Shown: positions 50,126-61,567, counted from the first letter of the stretch. The stretch: DNA of 64,000 bases from Candidatus Krumholzibacteriota bacterium (GCA_963806035.1 CAWDWO010000023.1:32001-96000); one strand, 5' to 3'. Numbers and translations: made by a program. The notes: generated by a model not told the origin, from the sequence alone.

Positions 50126-51139
50126 TCAGTTCTTGTCGGGCTCGAACTCCTTGAGGCTCTTGAAGACGTTGCCGCGCACGTAGTCCGATACCAGCCAGTA
50201 GCGGTCGTCGCCCTTCACCTTCAGATAGAACTGCCCGTCAGGTCCCTCCTTGCCGAAGAGCAGACGCGTGGTGGCGCTGTCGTTGACCGTCACCTCGGCC
50301 CAATCCGCATCGTCGGTGAGACCATACTCTCCCGGAGAGTCCGGCTTGGGCGCGACGTCCCGCGCGCGCATGTTGGACAGGGTGGTGAGAACACCGTCCG
50401 CACGAGTCTTGAGGGCGGTGAAGTGCTTGGGCTCGGTGACTTCCCATTCGTAGGGAAGCGGCTTCTTGACCGCCGCGGTGTCACCCTTTGCCGGTTCCTG
50501 GTACACCTTCTTCAGGGAGATCACCGACTTCCCCTTCTTCAAGGTGATGGAGCTGACGCTGTCACGATCGGGCTTGTAGATATCCAGGTCGAGCCAGGTG
50601 GTCGCCACCGGATTGCGATTGTCCTCGCCCCAGATGCCGAAATCGCTCAGCAGGTTGCGGCTGCCCAATAGGACCTGATTGCTGCCCTGCTTGCGCACGA
50701 AGGCACCGCCGGTGGCCGCCTTCCCCAGTAGGAGATGCAGAATCTCCTTGCCGCTCTCGTCCTTGAGCACGAGATGCACGGCGTTGGAATCGTCCAGATC
50801 GTAGTCCGCCAGTACGGAGGGATCGTTGGAGCGCGGTTCTCCGTCGAGGTTTTCCAGATTGCTCAAGAGAGTGCGTACTTTGTTGACGTTGCCTTTGGCA
50901 TCGTAGTGGGAGTTCATGATCCAATCGCTGCCGCGGCGAACCATCGTGAAACCCTTGTCCGGATCCGATCCGCGATAGACGGCCAGTCCGTAAACGGTAT
51001 CGGTGGACAGGGGCCCTTGCACCACATCCACGTAACCACCCGTCTGATCCAGGTCCCTGCGCTGGCTCTTGCTGTACCAGTACCCGCCCGCGAACAGAAT
51101 GAGAATTACCAGCAGAACTCCTAAAGTCCGATTGTTCAT
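50126..51139 (-). CDS. DUF4340-like protein
   Basis: N-terminal TM; two repeats (LADYDLD / GEYGLTD ... LLLGK / LLFGK); follows GldG-like gene. Confidence 0.8.
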   Translation of the reverse strand: MNNRTLGVLLVILILFAGGYWYSKSQRRDLDQTGGYVDVVQGPLSTDTVYGLAVYRGSDPDKGFTMVRRGSDWIMNSHYDAKGNVNKVRTLLSNLENLDGEPRSNDPSVLADYDLDDSNAVHLVLKDESGKEILHLLLGKAATGGAFVRKQGSNQVLLGSRNLLSDFGIWGEDNRNPVATTWLDLDIYKPDRDSVSSITLKKGKSVISLKKVYQEPAKGDTAAVKKPLPYEWEVTEPKHFTALKTRADGVLTTLSNMRARDVAPKPDSPGEYGLTDDADWAEVTVNDSATTRLLFGKEGPDGQFYLKVKGDDRYWLVSDYVRGNVFKSLKEFEPDKN

Positions 51140-51160
51140 GTCGGTCGATTTCCTCCCTGC

Positions 51161-52885
51161 TCAGCTCGTGTGCGTGTGGAGCCACGACGCCTGTGCCCGG
51201 CGCCGCCGTACCGTGCGCGCGATCCCATAGAGGACGACGAGGAGCGGAACCAAGGCGGTGGTAAAGGTCCTCCAGAACAGCTTGCTCTGCTGGGAGACTT
51301 CACCGATGAGCCTCTGCTCGGTCGTCTTCGCCCTCACCTGGATGAGGTCCTCACCCAGAGTCAAGACGTCGATTCCGTTCAGAATGAGGAGTCCATTGTT
51401 GTAGTCACCCGCCTGCAGATAGCTGTCCTCGAACATCTTCCCGCAGCCCACGAGAATCAGCGTTCCCGGCTTTCCCTCCTCGCTCACCGCGTTCCCCGTG
51501 GTGGTGGAATCACTGGCACCCCAGCTGGGAATCGGTTGACCCTCGTAGGGATTGGGAAACTCTCCGTGGACCATGACGGCCAGAGGAGCCCGCGGATGTG
51601 CGTTGGCGGAATCGAAGGTGAAGTCGCGTTGAGTGAGCGGCCCACCGTCGTTGTCCACTTCCCAGGCCTTGTCAGAGGAAGTGAAGAGCGTGTCATAGCT
51701 CATTTTCAGCGAATTCAACTTGGAGTCGTCCACGACCAAGCGGCCGCCCCACAGATAGAGCAGCTTGCCCAAGCGGCTGGAGACCGAGAGGTCCTGGTTG
51801 AATTGATCGCCGCTGACGCGGATCTGAATCGGCGCCTGAACCGGTTCGGCGACCTGAACGCGCATTCCACCCAGGTTCTGCGTCCGTGGAATCGAGAGCG
51901 TTTCCAGGTTCTCGTCCATGAACACGCCCTTGGACACGCGAACTCCGTAATTCTGAAGCAGCGGATCCAAGCCGGTGGTGATGGGGCGAGCCGAGATGTC
52001 GAACCCGCCTCTCCGCCCCGGGTTGTAATCGTATTCGTGGTTCTGCACCGCGCAGAAAACCTGGCCGCCCCGGTGCAGGAACTTCGCGATCTCATAGCGT
52101 TGACGATCGCTGAGGTTCTTGGGAGACAGGATGAGCAGGGTGGTCGTGTCGTCCGGAATCGGAGAGTCCTGGCTGATGTCGACCTTGCGTGCATCGTAGC
52201 CCTGTCCCTGGAAGATCTGCGGCATCTTCGAATACAGATCCCGCGGCGCCGGCGGCTGCTGACCCATCTGCATGTAGAGCTGCACCATCTGGGGATCCAG
52301 GCTCTCCTTGCTCGAATAGATGGCCAGAACTGGCGCCTTGTCGCGCGTCAGCTTGATGATACGGCGGCAAATTTCGTATTCCAGGATGTCGAGCGTCTTG
52401 GGCGCGACCTGGGGAATGATCTCCGGGTCCTTGTCCTTGTAACTCATCTCGATGGCCGAATACACCAGCTTCAGACCGATCTCGTCTTTTTCGATGCTCT
52501 GCACCTGAAAGGGCCTGATTCCCTTGGCCTGGATCTTTTGCGCCAGATCCTCGTTTTGGGAAGGGTCGGAAACGGAATAGGTGAGCTTGCCTCCGGAGGC
52601 CGCCTTGTACTCCTCCAATTTGTCGGTGATGTTGCGTTCGAGGCTCTTGAGACCGGTCGGCATGTCTGAAGCCTGGGTAATGTAGAGCTTCACGTGAACC
52701 GGCACTTTGAGTTGCGACATGATCCGCTTCGCGGCGGGACTCATGGTGTAGATCTTGTCCTGCGTGAAATCGATGCGCGCTTTGGTATGACTTCCCACGA
52801 TGGCGTTGAAGAACACCACGATGGCGAAGAGCACGACCGCCGCGATCGTGAACGTGACGGTAAAACTGGTCTTGCGTGTGGTCAT
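51161..52885 (-). CDS. GldG-like ABC transporter auxiliary component
   Basis: RIDFTQDKIYTMS, LEYEI, N- and C-terminal TM helices. Confidence 0.85.
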   Translation of the reverse strand: MTTRKTSFTVTFTIAAVVLFAIVVFFNAIVGSHTKARIDFTQDKIYTMSPAAKRIMSQLKVPVHVKLYITQASDMPTGLKSLERNITDKLEEYKAASGGKLTYSVSDPSQNEDLAQKIQAKGIRPFQVQSIEKDEIGLKLVYSAIEMSYKDKDPEIIPQVAPKTLDILEYEICRRIIKLTRDKAPVLAIYSSKESLDPQMVQLYMQMGQQPPAPRDLYSKMPQIFQGQGYDARKVDISQDSPIPDDTTTLLILSPKNLSDRQRYEIAKFLHRGGQVFCAVQNHEYDYNPGRRGGFDISARPITTGLDPLLQNYGVRVSKGVFMDENLETLSIPRTQNLGGMRVQVAEPVQAPIQIRVSGDQFNQDLSVSSRLGKLLYLWGGRLVVDDSKLNSLKMSYDTLFTSSDKAWEVDNDGGPLTQRDFTFDSANAHPRAPLAVMVHGEFPNPYEGQPIPSWGASDSTTTGNAVSEEGKPGTLILVGCGKMFEDSYLQAGDYNNGLLILNGIDVLTLGEDLIQVRAKTTEQRLIGEVSQQSKLFWRTFTTALVPLLVVLYGIARTVRRRRAQASWLHTHTS

Positions 52886-53610
52886 CAGTACCGCCTCCTC
52901 TCCAGCGAGATGGCATTCAAGCCCAAGAAGAGGGCGGGCATCGTCAGGAAGTAGAGAATCGAACTGAAATCGATGACCCCGCGCTGCAGCGAATTCCAGT
53001 GGCTGGAAAACGCGACATGGTCTCTGAGGAAGCTACCGAAGCCGGCGATCCATCCGTCGATTCCCGCCACCACGAAGTCGTTCCCCAGGAGAAGGAAGAA
53101 CAGACAGACCAGACAGGTGACGATGAACGCGGCGATCTGTTCCTTGAAGAGGCCGCTGATGAAGATGCCCAGAGCCAAGTAGAACGCGCCGAGCAGGAAC
53201 GCTCCCACGTAACCGGTGAAGATCGCGCCGGGATCGGCGTTGCCCAGGCTCGTCACCATCAAGGGGAGCGTGAAGGTACACGCGAGCGCGATGGTGTAGA
53301 AGGCGAGGGAAGCAAGGTACTTGCCGGTCACCACTTGCCACGACTTCATGGGAAGCGTCATCAAGAGCTCGAAGGTACCGGCTTGCTGCTCGTTGGCCCA
53401 AAGACCCATGGTGATCGCGGGCAAGAAGAAGATGTTGAAGAGGGGTAGGTTCTCAAAAAACGCGCGCAGGCTCGCCTCGCCCGAGAGGAAGAACCCGCTC
53501 ATGAAGAATCCCGAGTTCAACAGCAAGTACACGACGACAAAGATGTACGCGATGGTGGAATCGAAGTACCCGCGAAACTCCCGGCGAAAGATCACGCCGA
53601 CGTTAGACAT
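52885..53610 (-). CDS. GldF-like ABC-2 permease
   Basis: FRREFRGYFDSTIAYI, PAITMGLWANE..GTFELLMTLP, GKYLA, RGVID. Confidence 0.9.
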   Translation of the reverse strand: MSNVGVIFRREFRGYFDSTIAYIFVVVYLLLNSGFFMSGFFLSGEASLRAFFENLPLFNIFFLPAITMGLWANEQQAGTFELLMTLPMKSWQVVTGKYLASLAFYTIALACTFTLPLMVTSLGNADPGAIFTGYVGAFLLGAFYLALGIFISGLFKEQIAAFIVTCLVCLFFLLLGNDFVVAGIDGWIAGFGSFLRDHVAFSSHWNSLQRGVIDFSSILYFLTMPALFLGLNAISLERRRY

Positions 53611-54568
53611 GTCGCGCCTCCTTGCCGTGCTGTTCGTTACTGCGCCGAATGTATTCGATGAAGGCGTCCTCCAGACTGACTTCCGGAACCCCCATCTCCA
53701 TGACTGGCCAACTCCGGGCGGCGGCCAGTTGTCCGACCTCGCGCCGGAGATTCACTCCATCGGTACCGCGCAATCGCGCGGTCACCACTCCCTCCGCTTC
53801 GGAGACCACGTTGACCTGTGCGACCGAATCCAGCGAGATGAGCCCTCTCTCCACCTCATCTCTCCCTGCCGTCAGAGCGACGCGCAACTGCGCTCCACCT
53901 CTGGCATCCGATTGCAAGTCGTTCAAGTATCCGTCAGCGATGATCCGGCCGTTGTTGATGATGATGACCCGGTCCGTCGTCGAGGAAACTTCCTGCAGGA
54001 TGTGCGTGGAGAAGATCACCGTCTTCTCGTGGGCCAGCTCCTGAATGAGCTTGCGGATCTGAATGATCTGGAGCGGGTCGAGTCCGGTGGTCGGCTCGTC
54101 CAGAATCAGGATCTCCGGATCGTGGATGAGTGCCTGTGCCAGCCCGGTGCGCTGTTTGAAACCCTTGGAAAGCTGATTGATGTCCTTCTTGAACATCTCC
54201 TCCAGGCCGCACTGCTGAACCACCCAATCGAGCCGGGAATTCAAGCGCGCGCCGGCCAGTCCCCGCGCCTTGGCGCAGAAACGCAGGTACTGGTCCACCT
54301 GCATGCCTTCATAGAGAGGAGTCGTTTCCGGGAGATAGCCGATCAGCCGTCGAACGGAGATCGGATCCTTCGCCACGTCGATGCCGCCCACCGTGACCGA
54401 TCCTTCGGTGGGAGCGATGTAGCTCGTGATGATCTTCATGGCGGTGCTCTTGCCTGCACCATTGGGCCCGAGGAAGCCCAAAATTTGTCTTTTTCCTACC
54501 TCGAACGAGACATGGTCCAAGGCCATGGTCGGGCCATAGACCTTGGTCACGTCCTTTACCTGGATCAT
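53603..54568 (-). CDS. GldA-like ABC ATP-binding protein
   Basis: GPNGAGKST, LSKGFKQRTGLAQA, DEPTTGLDP. Confidence 0.93.
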   Translation of the reverse strand: MIQVKDVTKVYGPTMALDHVSFEVGKRQILGFLGPNGAGKSTAMKIITSYIAPTEGSVTVGGIDVAKDPISVRRLIGYLPETTPLYEGMQVDQYLRFCAKARGLAGARLNSRLDWVVQQCGLEEMFKKDINQLSKGFKQRTGLAQALIHDPEILILDEPTTGLDPLQIIQIRKLIQELAHEKTVIFSTHILQEVSSTTDRVIIINNGRIIADGYLNDLQSDARGGAQLRVALTAGRDEVERGLISLDSVAQVNVVSEAEGVVTARLRGTDGVNLRREVGQLAAARSWPVMEMGVPEVSLEDAFIEYIRRSNEQHGKEARHV

Positions 54569-54854
54569 CGTCTAGGTACCTCCAGATGATCGCACCAGTG
54601 CTGAATTGAATGTCGTGTCGCGTGCGTGCGGCGTTGGGAAGGTCCACGGTCCCGCAAGGGCGCAGCTTCTCCCGTGTCCGATCGGGCAGTATAGGAGATG
54701 GTCCGCGAAGCGTCCACCGAGCAGAGCGCTGGCGAGAGCGCCTTCCACGAGGGGTTCTATACGCACGCGATTCCAGCTGGTTCCCGCTTTGCGAGCAAAA
54801 TTTCGCCGGAGGGAGAGAATTTCTGCGGAAAACCGTGATGGAGCGGATCGGAAC

Positions 54855-55823
54855 TCAGCGCGTGTCACCCACGCCGGGTCGCGCCAGTTCGGGCGGAATC
54901 GGGAAGGTCACCGTCTCCTTCACGACCTCCTTTTCGCGAACCTCGCCACCCAGGGTGCGCAGTCGATTCAGGACCTCTTCCACCAGATCTTCCGGAGCGC
55001 TGGCTCCGGCGGTGACGCCGACTCGTTTCACTTCAGACAACCATGAGCTCTGAATCTCTGAAGCATCGTCGATGAGCTGCCCCTGCGCACCCGCGCTGCG
55101 CGCGACCTCCACCAGACGGCGGCTATTGGAGGAATTCGCGCTGCCCACGACGAGCAAGAGCTCGATCTTCTCCACCGAGAGCAGGTTCTTGACCGCCTCC
55201 TGGCGGTTCTGCGTGGCGTAGCAGATGTCGTTCTTCTTGGGACCCTGAATGCGGGGGAAGCGGGCCTTGAGCGCGTCGATGATGCCCTGAGTTTCGTCGA
55301 CCGAGAGCGTGGTCTGCGTCACGTAGGCCAGACGCTCGGGGTGTTCCACCTCGAGTCGCGCGACATCTTGAACGCTCTGAACCAGCTCGACCTTTCCCGG
55401 GGCCTGTCCCATCGTGCCCAACACTTCGTCGTGCCCTTCGTGGCCCACGAGGATCACCGTGTCCCCCGCTTTGACGTGCCGCAGCACCTCCATGTGCACC
55501 TTGGTCACCAGGGGGCAGGTGGCATCGATGATTCTGAGGTCTCTCTCCAGACCCTTCTCCCACACTCGCGGCGAGACGCCGTGTGCGCTGAAGATGCAGG
55601 TGCTGCCCGAGGGAACTTCGTCGAGTTCCTCCACGAAGATGACCCCCTGCCGCACGAAACGATCCACTACGTGCCGGTTGTGCACGATTTCCTTCCGCAC
55701 GTAAATCGGGCCGTCCATGAGCTCGAGAGCGAGATCGACGATCTCGATGGCGCGCTCCACTCCGGCGCAGAAACCGCGCGGCGCCGCGAGCAGTACTTCG
55801 AATTCAGCGCTCTTGGAGGGCAC
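54855..55823 (-). CDS. ispH: 4-hydroxy-3-methylbut-2-enyl diphosphate reductase
   Basis: PRGFCAGV, SAHGV, DATCPLV, ICYATQNRQ, SSNS. Confidence 0.98.
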   Translation of the reverse strand: MPSKSAEFEVLLAAPRGFCAGVERAIEIVDLALELMDGPIYVRKEIVHNRHVVDRFVRQGVIFVEELDEVPSGSTCIFSAHGVSPRVWEKGLERDLRIIDATCPLVTKVHMEVLRHVKAGDTVILVGHEGHDEVLGTMGQAPGKVELVQSVQDVARLEVEHPERLAYVTQTTLSVDETQGIIDALKARFPRIQGPKKNDICYATQNRQEAVKNLLSVEKIELLLVVGSANSSNSRRLVEVARSAGAQGQLIDDASEIQSSWLSEVKRVGVTAGASAPEDLVEEVLNRLRTLGGEVREKEVVKETVTFPIPPELARPGVGDTR

Positions 55824-55893
55824 TTGAGGCTCCCGGTTGAAGGAATGGGGACAATTTAGTGGATGCCGTGGCGGACCGCAGGAGAGGGAATCC

Positions 55894-57039
55894 TCAGTCC
55901 GTGCCGTTGAGGACCTTGCGCGCGATCACGATCTTCTGGATCTCGCTGGTGCCTTCGTAAATGCGCAGAACGCGGGCGTCGCGATAATACCTCTCCACCG
56001 GATAGTCCTTGGAGTAGCCGTAACCGCCGTGAATCTGGAGCGCCCGGTCGACGACCCGGTTCACCATCTCGCTCGCCGAGTACTTCGCCATGGCCGCGAT
56101 CCGGGTGAAGGGCAGGCCTCGATCCCTGAGACTGGCAGCCTTGTGCGCCAAGAGGCTGGACTGTTCCAGCTCGGTGGCCATGTCCGCGAGCATCCACTGA
56201 ATGGCCTGGAAGTTGGCGATGGGCCGGCCGAATTGCTCGCGCTCCTGGGAGTAGGCGCGCGCCGCCTCCAGGGCCGCGGTGGCGAGTCCAATGGACTGAT
56301 ACGCCACGCCGATGCGCCCGCCGTCCAAGCTCACCATGGCGATCTCGAATCCCTGTCCCTCGCGCCCGATCAGATTCTCGCGGCTCACTTCGACTCCGTC
56401 CAGAATCACCGACACCGCGTCCGAACTTCTCAGGCCCATCTTGTTTTCCTTGGCCCCGATACTCAGACCCGGAGCGTCCCGTTCGACCAGAAACGCGCTG
56501 ATGCCATCGTGTCCAGGGATACCGTCGAGCCGCGCGAGAACCACGAAGAAGTGCGCGTGATAGCCGTTGGTGACCCAGATCTTCTCTCCGCTCAGCCGAT
56601 AGCCCTTCTCGGTGCTCTCCGCGCGACAGCTGATCGACGCGGCGTCGCTTCCGGACCCGGGCTCGGTCACGCAAAACGCGCCCAGATTTCCCTGCGCCAT
56701 CGAGGGAAGGACCCGTTTCTTCAATTCCTCGCTGCCGAAGTGCATTACCGGATAGCTGCCCACGCTGTTGTGGACACCGACCATGATGGCGACTCCCGCG
56801 TCCGCCTGCGCGAGCTGCGCGATCACCAGGCCGTAGGTGAGGGTGTCGAGTCCCACACCCCCGTATTCCTCCGGAAAGCTCAGTGCGAAATAGCCCTGCT
56901 CTTTGAGCTTCGCGAGCAAGCCGGGATCGATGATCCCGGCCTCGTCCATTTGCTTGGCAAGGGGAACGATCTCTCCACGGGCGAAATCGGCTGTCCCTTT
57001 GACGAAGAGTTCTTGTTGCTCGTTGAGAGAGAAGTCCAT
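55894..57039 (-). CDS. Acyl-CoA dehydrogenase
   Basis: TEPGSGSD, KIWVTNG, LDGGRIG, IYEGTSEIQ. Confidence 0.96.
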   Translation of the reverse strand: MDFSLNEQQELFVKGTADFARGEIVPLAKQMDEAGIIDPGLLAKLKEQGYFALSFPEEYGGVGLDTLTYGLVIAQLAQADAGVAIMVGVHNSVGSYPVMHFGSEELKKRVLPSMAQGNLGAFCVTEPGSGSDAASISCRAESTEKGYRLSGEKIWVTNGYHAHFFVVLARLDGIPGHDGISAFLVERDAPGLSIGAKENKMGLRSSDAVSVILDGVEVSRENLIGREGQGFEIAMVSLDGGRIGVAYQSIGLATAALEAARAYSQEREQFGRPIANFQAIQWMLADMATELEQSSLLAHKAASLRDRGLPFTRIAAMAKYSASEMVNRVVDRALQIHGGYGYSKDYPVERYYRDARVLRIYEGTSEIQKIVIARKVLNGTD

Positions 57040-57103
57040 TCCGGTCTCCTGAACCAGGGCGCCTCGCGGTTATTGGTCCCGCCGGCGCGAAGCAGCGGTC
57101 AAA

Positions 57104-58249
57104 TCAGGCCAGTAGATTGGCCGCAATGACCATCCGCTGCACTTCGTTGGTACCCTCGTAGATGTCGCAAATCTTGGCGTCGCGCATGAGCTTCTCCACT
57201 GGATAGTCTTTGGAGTAGCCGTTGCCGCCAAAGATCTGCACGGCTTCCTCGGCGCAGTGGACCGCGGTGGTGGAGGCCATGAGCTTCGCCATCGCGCTCT
57301 CGGAAGGATGGGGTTTGCCCGAGTCCTTCACGAAGGCAGCACGCAAGGTGAGCAAGCGTGCCGCATCGATTCGCATTGCCATGTCGGCGAGCTTGAACTG
57401 GATGGCCTGGAACTTGGACAGAGTGCGTCCGAACTGTTCACGCTCTTTCGAGTAGCTGATGGCGTGGTCGAGGGCGGCCTGAGCGATCCCGATTGCCTGA
57501 GCCGCGATCCCGATCCGTCCACCGTCGAGCGTGCTCATGGCGATCTTGAACCCCTCCCCGATCTTTCCCAGCAGATTCTCCGGACCGAGCTTCACGTCGT
57601 CGAACGCGAGCTGCGCGGTCTCGCTGGCTCGAATTCCCATCTTGTGCTCGGTATGGGTCACCTTGACCCCCTCGGCCTTCGCATCGACGACGAAGGCGCT
57701 GATGCCCTTGTAACTCTTCGCCTTGTCGGTCATGGCGAAGACGATGAGGGTATCGGCGCTGGCGCCATTGGTGATGAAGTTCTTCGTTCCCCTGAGGACG
57801 AAACCATCGCCGTCGGCTTCGGCTACCGTGCTCTGCGCCGCCGCATCGGTTCCCGCTTCGGGCTCCGACAGGCAATAGGCGCCGAGAGTCTCACCCTTCG
57901 CCATGGGCGTGAGCCAGCGTTTCTTCTGCTCGTCGCTTCCGTAGCTCATCAGCGGCCAGGAGGTGAGACTGTTGTTCACCGACATGATCACGCCGCACGA
58001 GGCATCCGCGCGCGAAATCTCCTCTACCGCGAGGCAGTAGCTCTGATGATCCAGTCCGGCTCCACCCCACTCTTCGGGAACGAACATCCCCATGAAGCCC
58101 AGCTCGGCCATCTTGGCCACGACCTCTTTGGGATACCGGCTCTCACGATCCCACTCCGCCGCGTGCGGGGTGATCTCGTTCAGGGCGAATTCCCGCGCAG
58201 TCTTGCGGATGAGCTCCTGCTCGCTGCTAAACTCGAATTTCACGATCAA
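57104..58249 (-). CDS. Acyl-CoA dehydrogenase (butyryl-CoA type)
   Basis: LSEPEAGTD, KNFITNG, LDGGRIG, IYEGTNEVQ. Confidence 0.96.
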   Translation of the reverse strand: MIVKFEFSSEQELIRKTAREFALNEITPHAAEWDRESRYPKEVVAKMAELGFMGMFVPEEWGGAGLDHQSYCLAVEEISRADASCGVIMSVNNSLTSWPLMSYGSDEQKKRWLTPMAKGETLGAYCLSEPEAGTDAAAQSTVAEADGDGFVLRGTKNFITNGASADTLIVFAMTDKAKSYKGISAFVVDAKAEGVKVTHTEHKMGIRASETAQLAFDDVKLGPENLLGKIGEGFKIAMSTLDGGRIGIAAQAIGIAQAALDHAISYSKEREQFGRTLSKFQAIQFKLADMAMRIDAARLLTLRAAFVKDSGKPHPSESAMAKLMASTTAVHCAEEAVQIFGGNGYSKDYPVEKLMRDAKICDIYEGTNEVQRMVIAANLLA

Positions 58250-58263
58250 CTTCTCCTTGAGGC

Positions 58264-59118
58264 TCAGCGCTCGTAGCTGTAGAAACCGCGGCCGCTCTTA
58301 CGACCCAGATCGTTCGCGGCCACCATTTTCTTGAGCAAGGGGCAGGGGCGATACTTGGGATCTCCGAGTTCGCTGAACAACACGTTCATGATGTCCAGAC
58401 AAACATCCAGGCCGATGAAATCGGCGAGGGTCAAGGGTCCCATGGGATGGGCCATCCCGAGCTTCATGACTTCGTCGATGCCCTCCGCGGTGGCCACGCC
58501 TTCCATCAGGCAGTAGACCGCCTCGTTGATCATGGGCATGAGCACTCGGTTGCTCACGAAACCCGGATAGTCGTTGACCTCCACCGGGGTCTTTCCCAGA
58601 TCGCGCGCGATCTCGACCACTTTCTTGGTGGTCGCATCGGAGGTGTGATGCCCGCGGATGACCTCCACCAGCTTCATCATGGGAACCGGGTTGAAGAAGT
58701 GCATGCCGATGAAGCGCTCGGCCATTTTGGTGGCGGCGCCCAATTCCGTGATGGAAATCGAGGAAGTGTTGCTGGCAAGAATCGTCTCCTTCCCCAGAAG
58801 AGGAACCACTCGCTCGTAGATGCCCAGCTTCACGTCCTTGCGCTCGAAGACCGCCTCGACCACCAGGCTACAGCCCTTGATCCGGCCGGTATCACAGGTG
58901 AAATCCAGACGCGAGAGTGCGGCATCGGCGGTATCCTGCGTGATCTTTTCCTTCTTCACCTGCCGTGCGAGGTTCTTCTCGATCGTGCCCTTGGCGCGGG
59001 CCAGCGCCGCATCGTCGACATCCACCAAGACAGTCTCATGACCGTTCTGCGCGAAGACATGGGCAATCCCGTTTCCCATCGTTCCGCCGCCGATGACTGC
59101 GACTTTTTGGCTCATCAT
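58264..59118 (-). CDS. hbd: 3-hydroxybutyryl-CoA dehydrogenase
   Basis: [36 protein letters not shown]. Confidence 0.95.
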   Translation of the reverse strand: MMSQKVAVIGGGTMGNGIAHVFAQNGHETVLVDVDDAALARAKGTIEKNLARQVKKEKITQDTADAALSRLDFTCDTGRIKGCSLVVEAVFERKDVKLGIYERVVPLLGKETILASNTSSISITELGAATKMAERFIGMHFFNPVPMMKLVEVIRGHHTSDATTKKVVEIARDLGKTPVEVNDYPGFVSNRVLMPMINEAVYCLMEGVATAEGIDEVMKLGMAHPMGPLTLADFIGLDVCLDIMNVLFSELGDPKYRPCPLLKKMVAANDLGRKSGRGFYSYER

Positions 59119-59207
59119 TGCAATCACTCCTCGAACGAGAGATCAAATTTCCGAACTTCGAATGGTCGAAGGCCCGGTCAGCCGAGACCAGATGGCCTTC
59201 CCCTTTC

Positions 59208-60395
59208 TCAGCCGACACGCCGCACGCTGAGAGCCACCGCGTCGCCTCCACCCAGGCAGAGCGCGGCGAGCCCTCTTTCCACGTCGCGGTCGATCATCGC
59301 GTGCATGAGAGTCACCAGAATGCGCGTGCCGCTGGCGCCGATCGGATGTCCCAGGGCCACCGCCCCACCATTCACGTTCACTTTGGCCGGATCCATCTCC
59401 AGCTCGCGCATGACGGCGAGCGCCTGCACGGAGAAGGCTTCGTTCAGCTCGATGAGAGGAAAATCTCCGATGCCACTCTTGGTCTTCGCCAAGAGATTTC
59501 TGACCGCTTTGACCGGCGCCATCATGACCCATTCGGGCTCGAGTGCGCCGGTGGCGTACGCTTCGATCTCGAAGTAAGCCTTCGCGCCCAGGTCCTTGGC
59601 GAAGTCCTCGCTGGCCACGATTACCGCGGCCGCGCCGTCGTTCACGCTCGGAGCATTGCCCGCGGTGACGGTGCCTCCGTCCCGCTTGAACGCGGGACGC
59701 AGCTTGGCCAGAGCCTCCAGAGTGGTCTCCCGGCGTGGGCCTTCGTCGGTGTCGATGAGCACGCTGCCCTTGCGCGTTTTCACCTCCACCGGCACGATTT
59801 CCTGCTTGAACTTGCCCGCATCGATGGCGGCGAGAGCCTTCTGGTGGCTTTGCAGAGCGTACTGATCCTGTTCCTCACGGGCGATCTTGTACTTGTCGGC
59901 CACCAGCTCGGCGGTCATGCCCATGTGGAAGTCGTTGTAGATGTCCCACAGTCCGTCGTGCACCATGAGATCGATGAGTTCGCCGTTGCCCAGGCGGTAG
60001 CCGGTCCGCGCGCCGGGCAGAGCGTAGGGCGCGTTGCTCATGCTTTCCATGCCCCCCGCCACCACCAGGGAGGCATCCTGCGCTTTGATGAACTGAGCCG
60101 CGAGTGCGACCGCGCGCAAACCGCTTCCGCAAACCTTGTTGATGGTCATGGCGCTGATGGTGTTGGGCAATCCGCTGTAGATGGTGGCCTGCCGCGCCGG
60201 ATTCTGTCCCAAGCCCGCGGGAAGCACGCAACCCATCACCACTTCGTTCACTTTGTCGGCGGGGATTTTCGCGCGCTCCACCGCCGCTTTCACGGCAATG
60301 GCGCCCAGCTCAGTCGCTTTGACCGGGGCGAGGCCCCCTTGAAATTTTCCAACCGGAGTACGTGCGCCCGAGAGAATCACGGCTTTGGTCGACAT
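59208..60395 (-). CDS. Acetyl-CoA acetyltransferase (thiolase)
   Basis: [26 protein letters not shown]. Confidence 0.96.
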   Translation of the reverse strand: MSTKAVILSGARTPVGKFQGGLAPVKATELGAIAVKAAVERAKIPADKVNEVVMGCVLPAGLGQNPARQATIYSGLPNTISAMTINKVCGSGLRAVALAAQFIKAQDASLVVAGGMESMSNAPYALPGARTGYRLGNGELIDLMVHDGLWDIYNDFHMGMTAELVADKYKIAREEQDQYALQSHQKALAAIDAGKFKQEIVPVEVKTRKGSVLIDTDEGPRRETTLEALAKLRPAFKRDGGTVTAGNAPSVNDGAAAVIVASEDFAKDLGAKAYFEIEAYATGALEPEWVMMAPVKAVRNLLAKTKSGIGDFPLIELNEAFSVQALAVMRELEMDPAKVNVNGGAVALGHPIGASGTRILVTLMHAMIDRDVERGLAALCLGGGDAVALSVRRVG

Positions 60396-60430
60396 GAGTT
60401 TTCCCTTTCATCGTGCAAACGCTGTAGTGG

Positions 60431-61567
60431 TCAGGAGAGGATCTTGCGGCTGATGACGAGGCGCTGGATCTCGCTGGTTCCCTCGCCGATCGTGCACAGT
60501 TTCGCATCACGGTACATGCGCTCCACCGGATAGTCGCGGCAGTAGCCGTAACCGCCCATGACCTGGATCGCATTGTTCGTCACCCTCATCGCCATCTCGC
60601 TCGCGTAAAGCTTGCACATGGCGCTTTCGAGAGTGTAGTCCTCGCCTCGGTCCTTCTTCTGCGCGGTGTCGTAGATCATCAACCGCGCGGCTTCGATCTC
60701 CGTCCGCGCGTCGGCCAGCATCCACTGGATGGCCTGAAACGCGCTGATGGGTTTGCCGAACGCCTTGCGTTCTTTGGAATAGTTCAGTGCGTACTCGTAG
60801 GCGCCCTCGGCGATTCCCAATGCGAGCGCTCCGATGGAAATGCGCCCGCCATCCAGAATCTTCATGAACGAGGGGAAGCCCTGCCCGAGCTCGCCCAGCA
60901 AGTTGTCGCGCGGAATCCTCACGTCTTGCAGAGTGAGGGTCGCGGTGTCGCTGGCGCGCATCCCCAGCTTGTGTTCTTTGGAACCGACCTCGAATCCCTT
61001 GGTGCCGCGCTCGACCAGGAATGCGCTGATTCCGCCATGGGTCCCTCTCTCACGGTCGGTCACCGCGGTGAGCACGTAGAGACCCGCGTAGGAGGCGTTG
61101 GTGATCCAGCACTTGTTTCCGTTGAGGACCCACTCGTCGCCGTCGAGCTGTGCGTAGGTCTTCGTGCCACCCGCATCGCTGCCCGCGCCGGGTTCGGTGA
61201 GGCCGTAGCTGACCAGCATCTCGCCGCTGGCCGCCTTGCGTAGATACTTCTCCTTTTGCTCCTGGGTGCCGAAAGTCAACAACGGCCAGCAGCCCAGGGA
61301 GTTGTGCGCGGCCACGGTGAGTCCAGTGGATCCGCACACCTTGGCGATTTCTTCGACGATGATGGCATAGCTCACCGTGTCCAGACCCGCTCCCCCCCAT
61401 TCCTCGGGAACGAAGCAGCCCAAAAATCCGATTTCTGCCAGCTTTTTGATCGTCTCTTCGGGGAAGCGCCCTTCCTCGTCGATTTCGTGCGCGATGGGAG
61501 CGAGTTGTTCTTGGGCGAAGCGGCGTGCCACGTCCCGGATCATGATCTGATTCTCTGTCAACTGCAT
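60431..61567 (-). CDS. Acyl-CoA dehydrogenase
   Basis: [39 protein letters not shown] before ATG 61567. Confidence 0.96.
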   Translation of the reverse strand: MQLTENQIMIRDVARRFAQEQLAPIAHEIDEEGRFPEETIKKLAEIGFLGCFVPEEWGGAGLDTVSYAIIVEEIAKVCGSTGLTVAAHNSLGCWPLLTFGTQEQKEKYLRKAASGEMLVSYGLTEPGAGSDAGGTKTYAQLDGDEWVLNGNKCWITNASYAGLYVLTAVTDRERGTHGGISAFLVERGTKGFEVGSKEHKLGMRASDTATLTLQDVRIPRDNLLGELGQGFPSFMKILDGGRISIGALALGIAEGAYEYALNYSKERKAFGKPISAFQAIQWMLADARTEIEAARLMIYDTAQKKDRGEDYTLESAMCKLYASEMAMRVTNNAIQVMGGYGYCRDYPVERMYRDAKLCTIGEGTSEIQRLVISRKILS

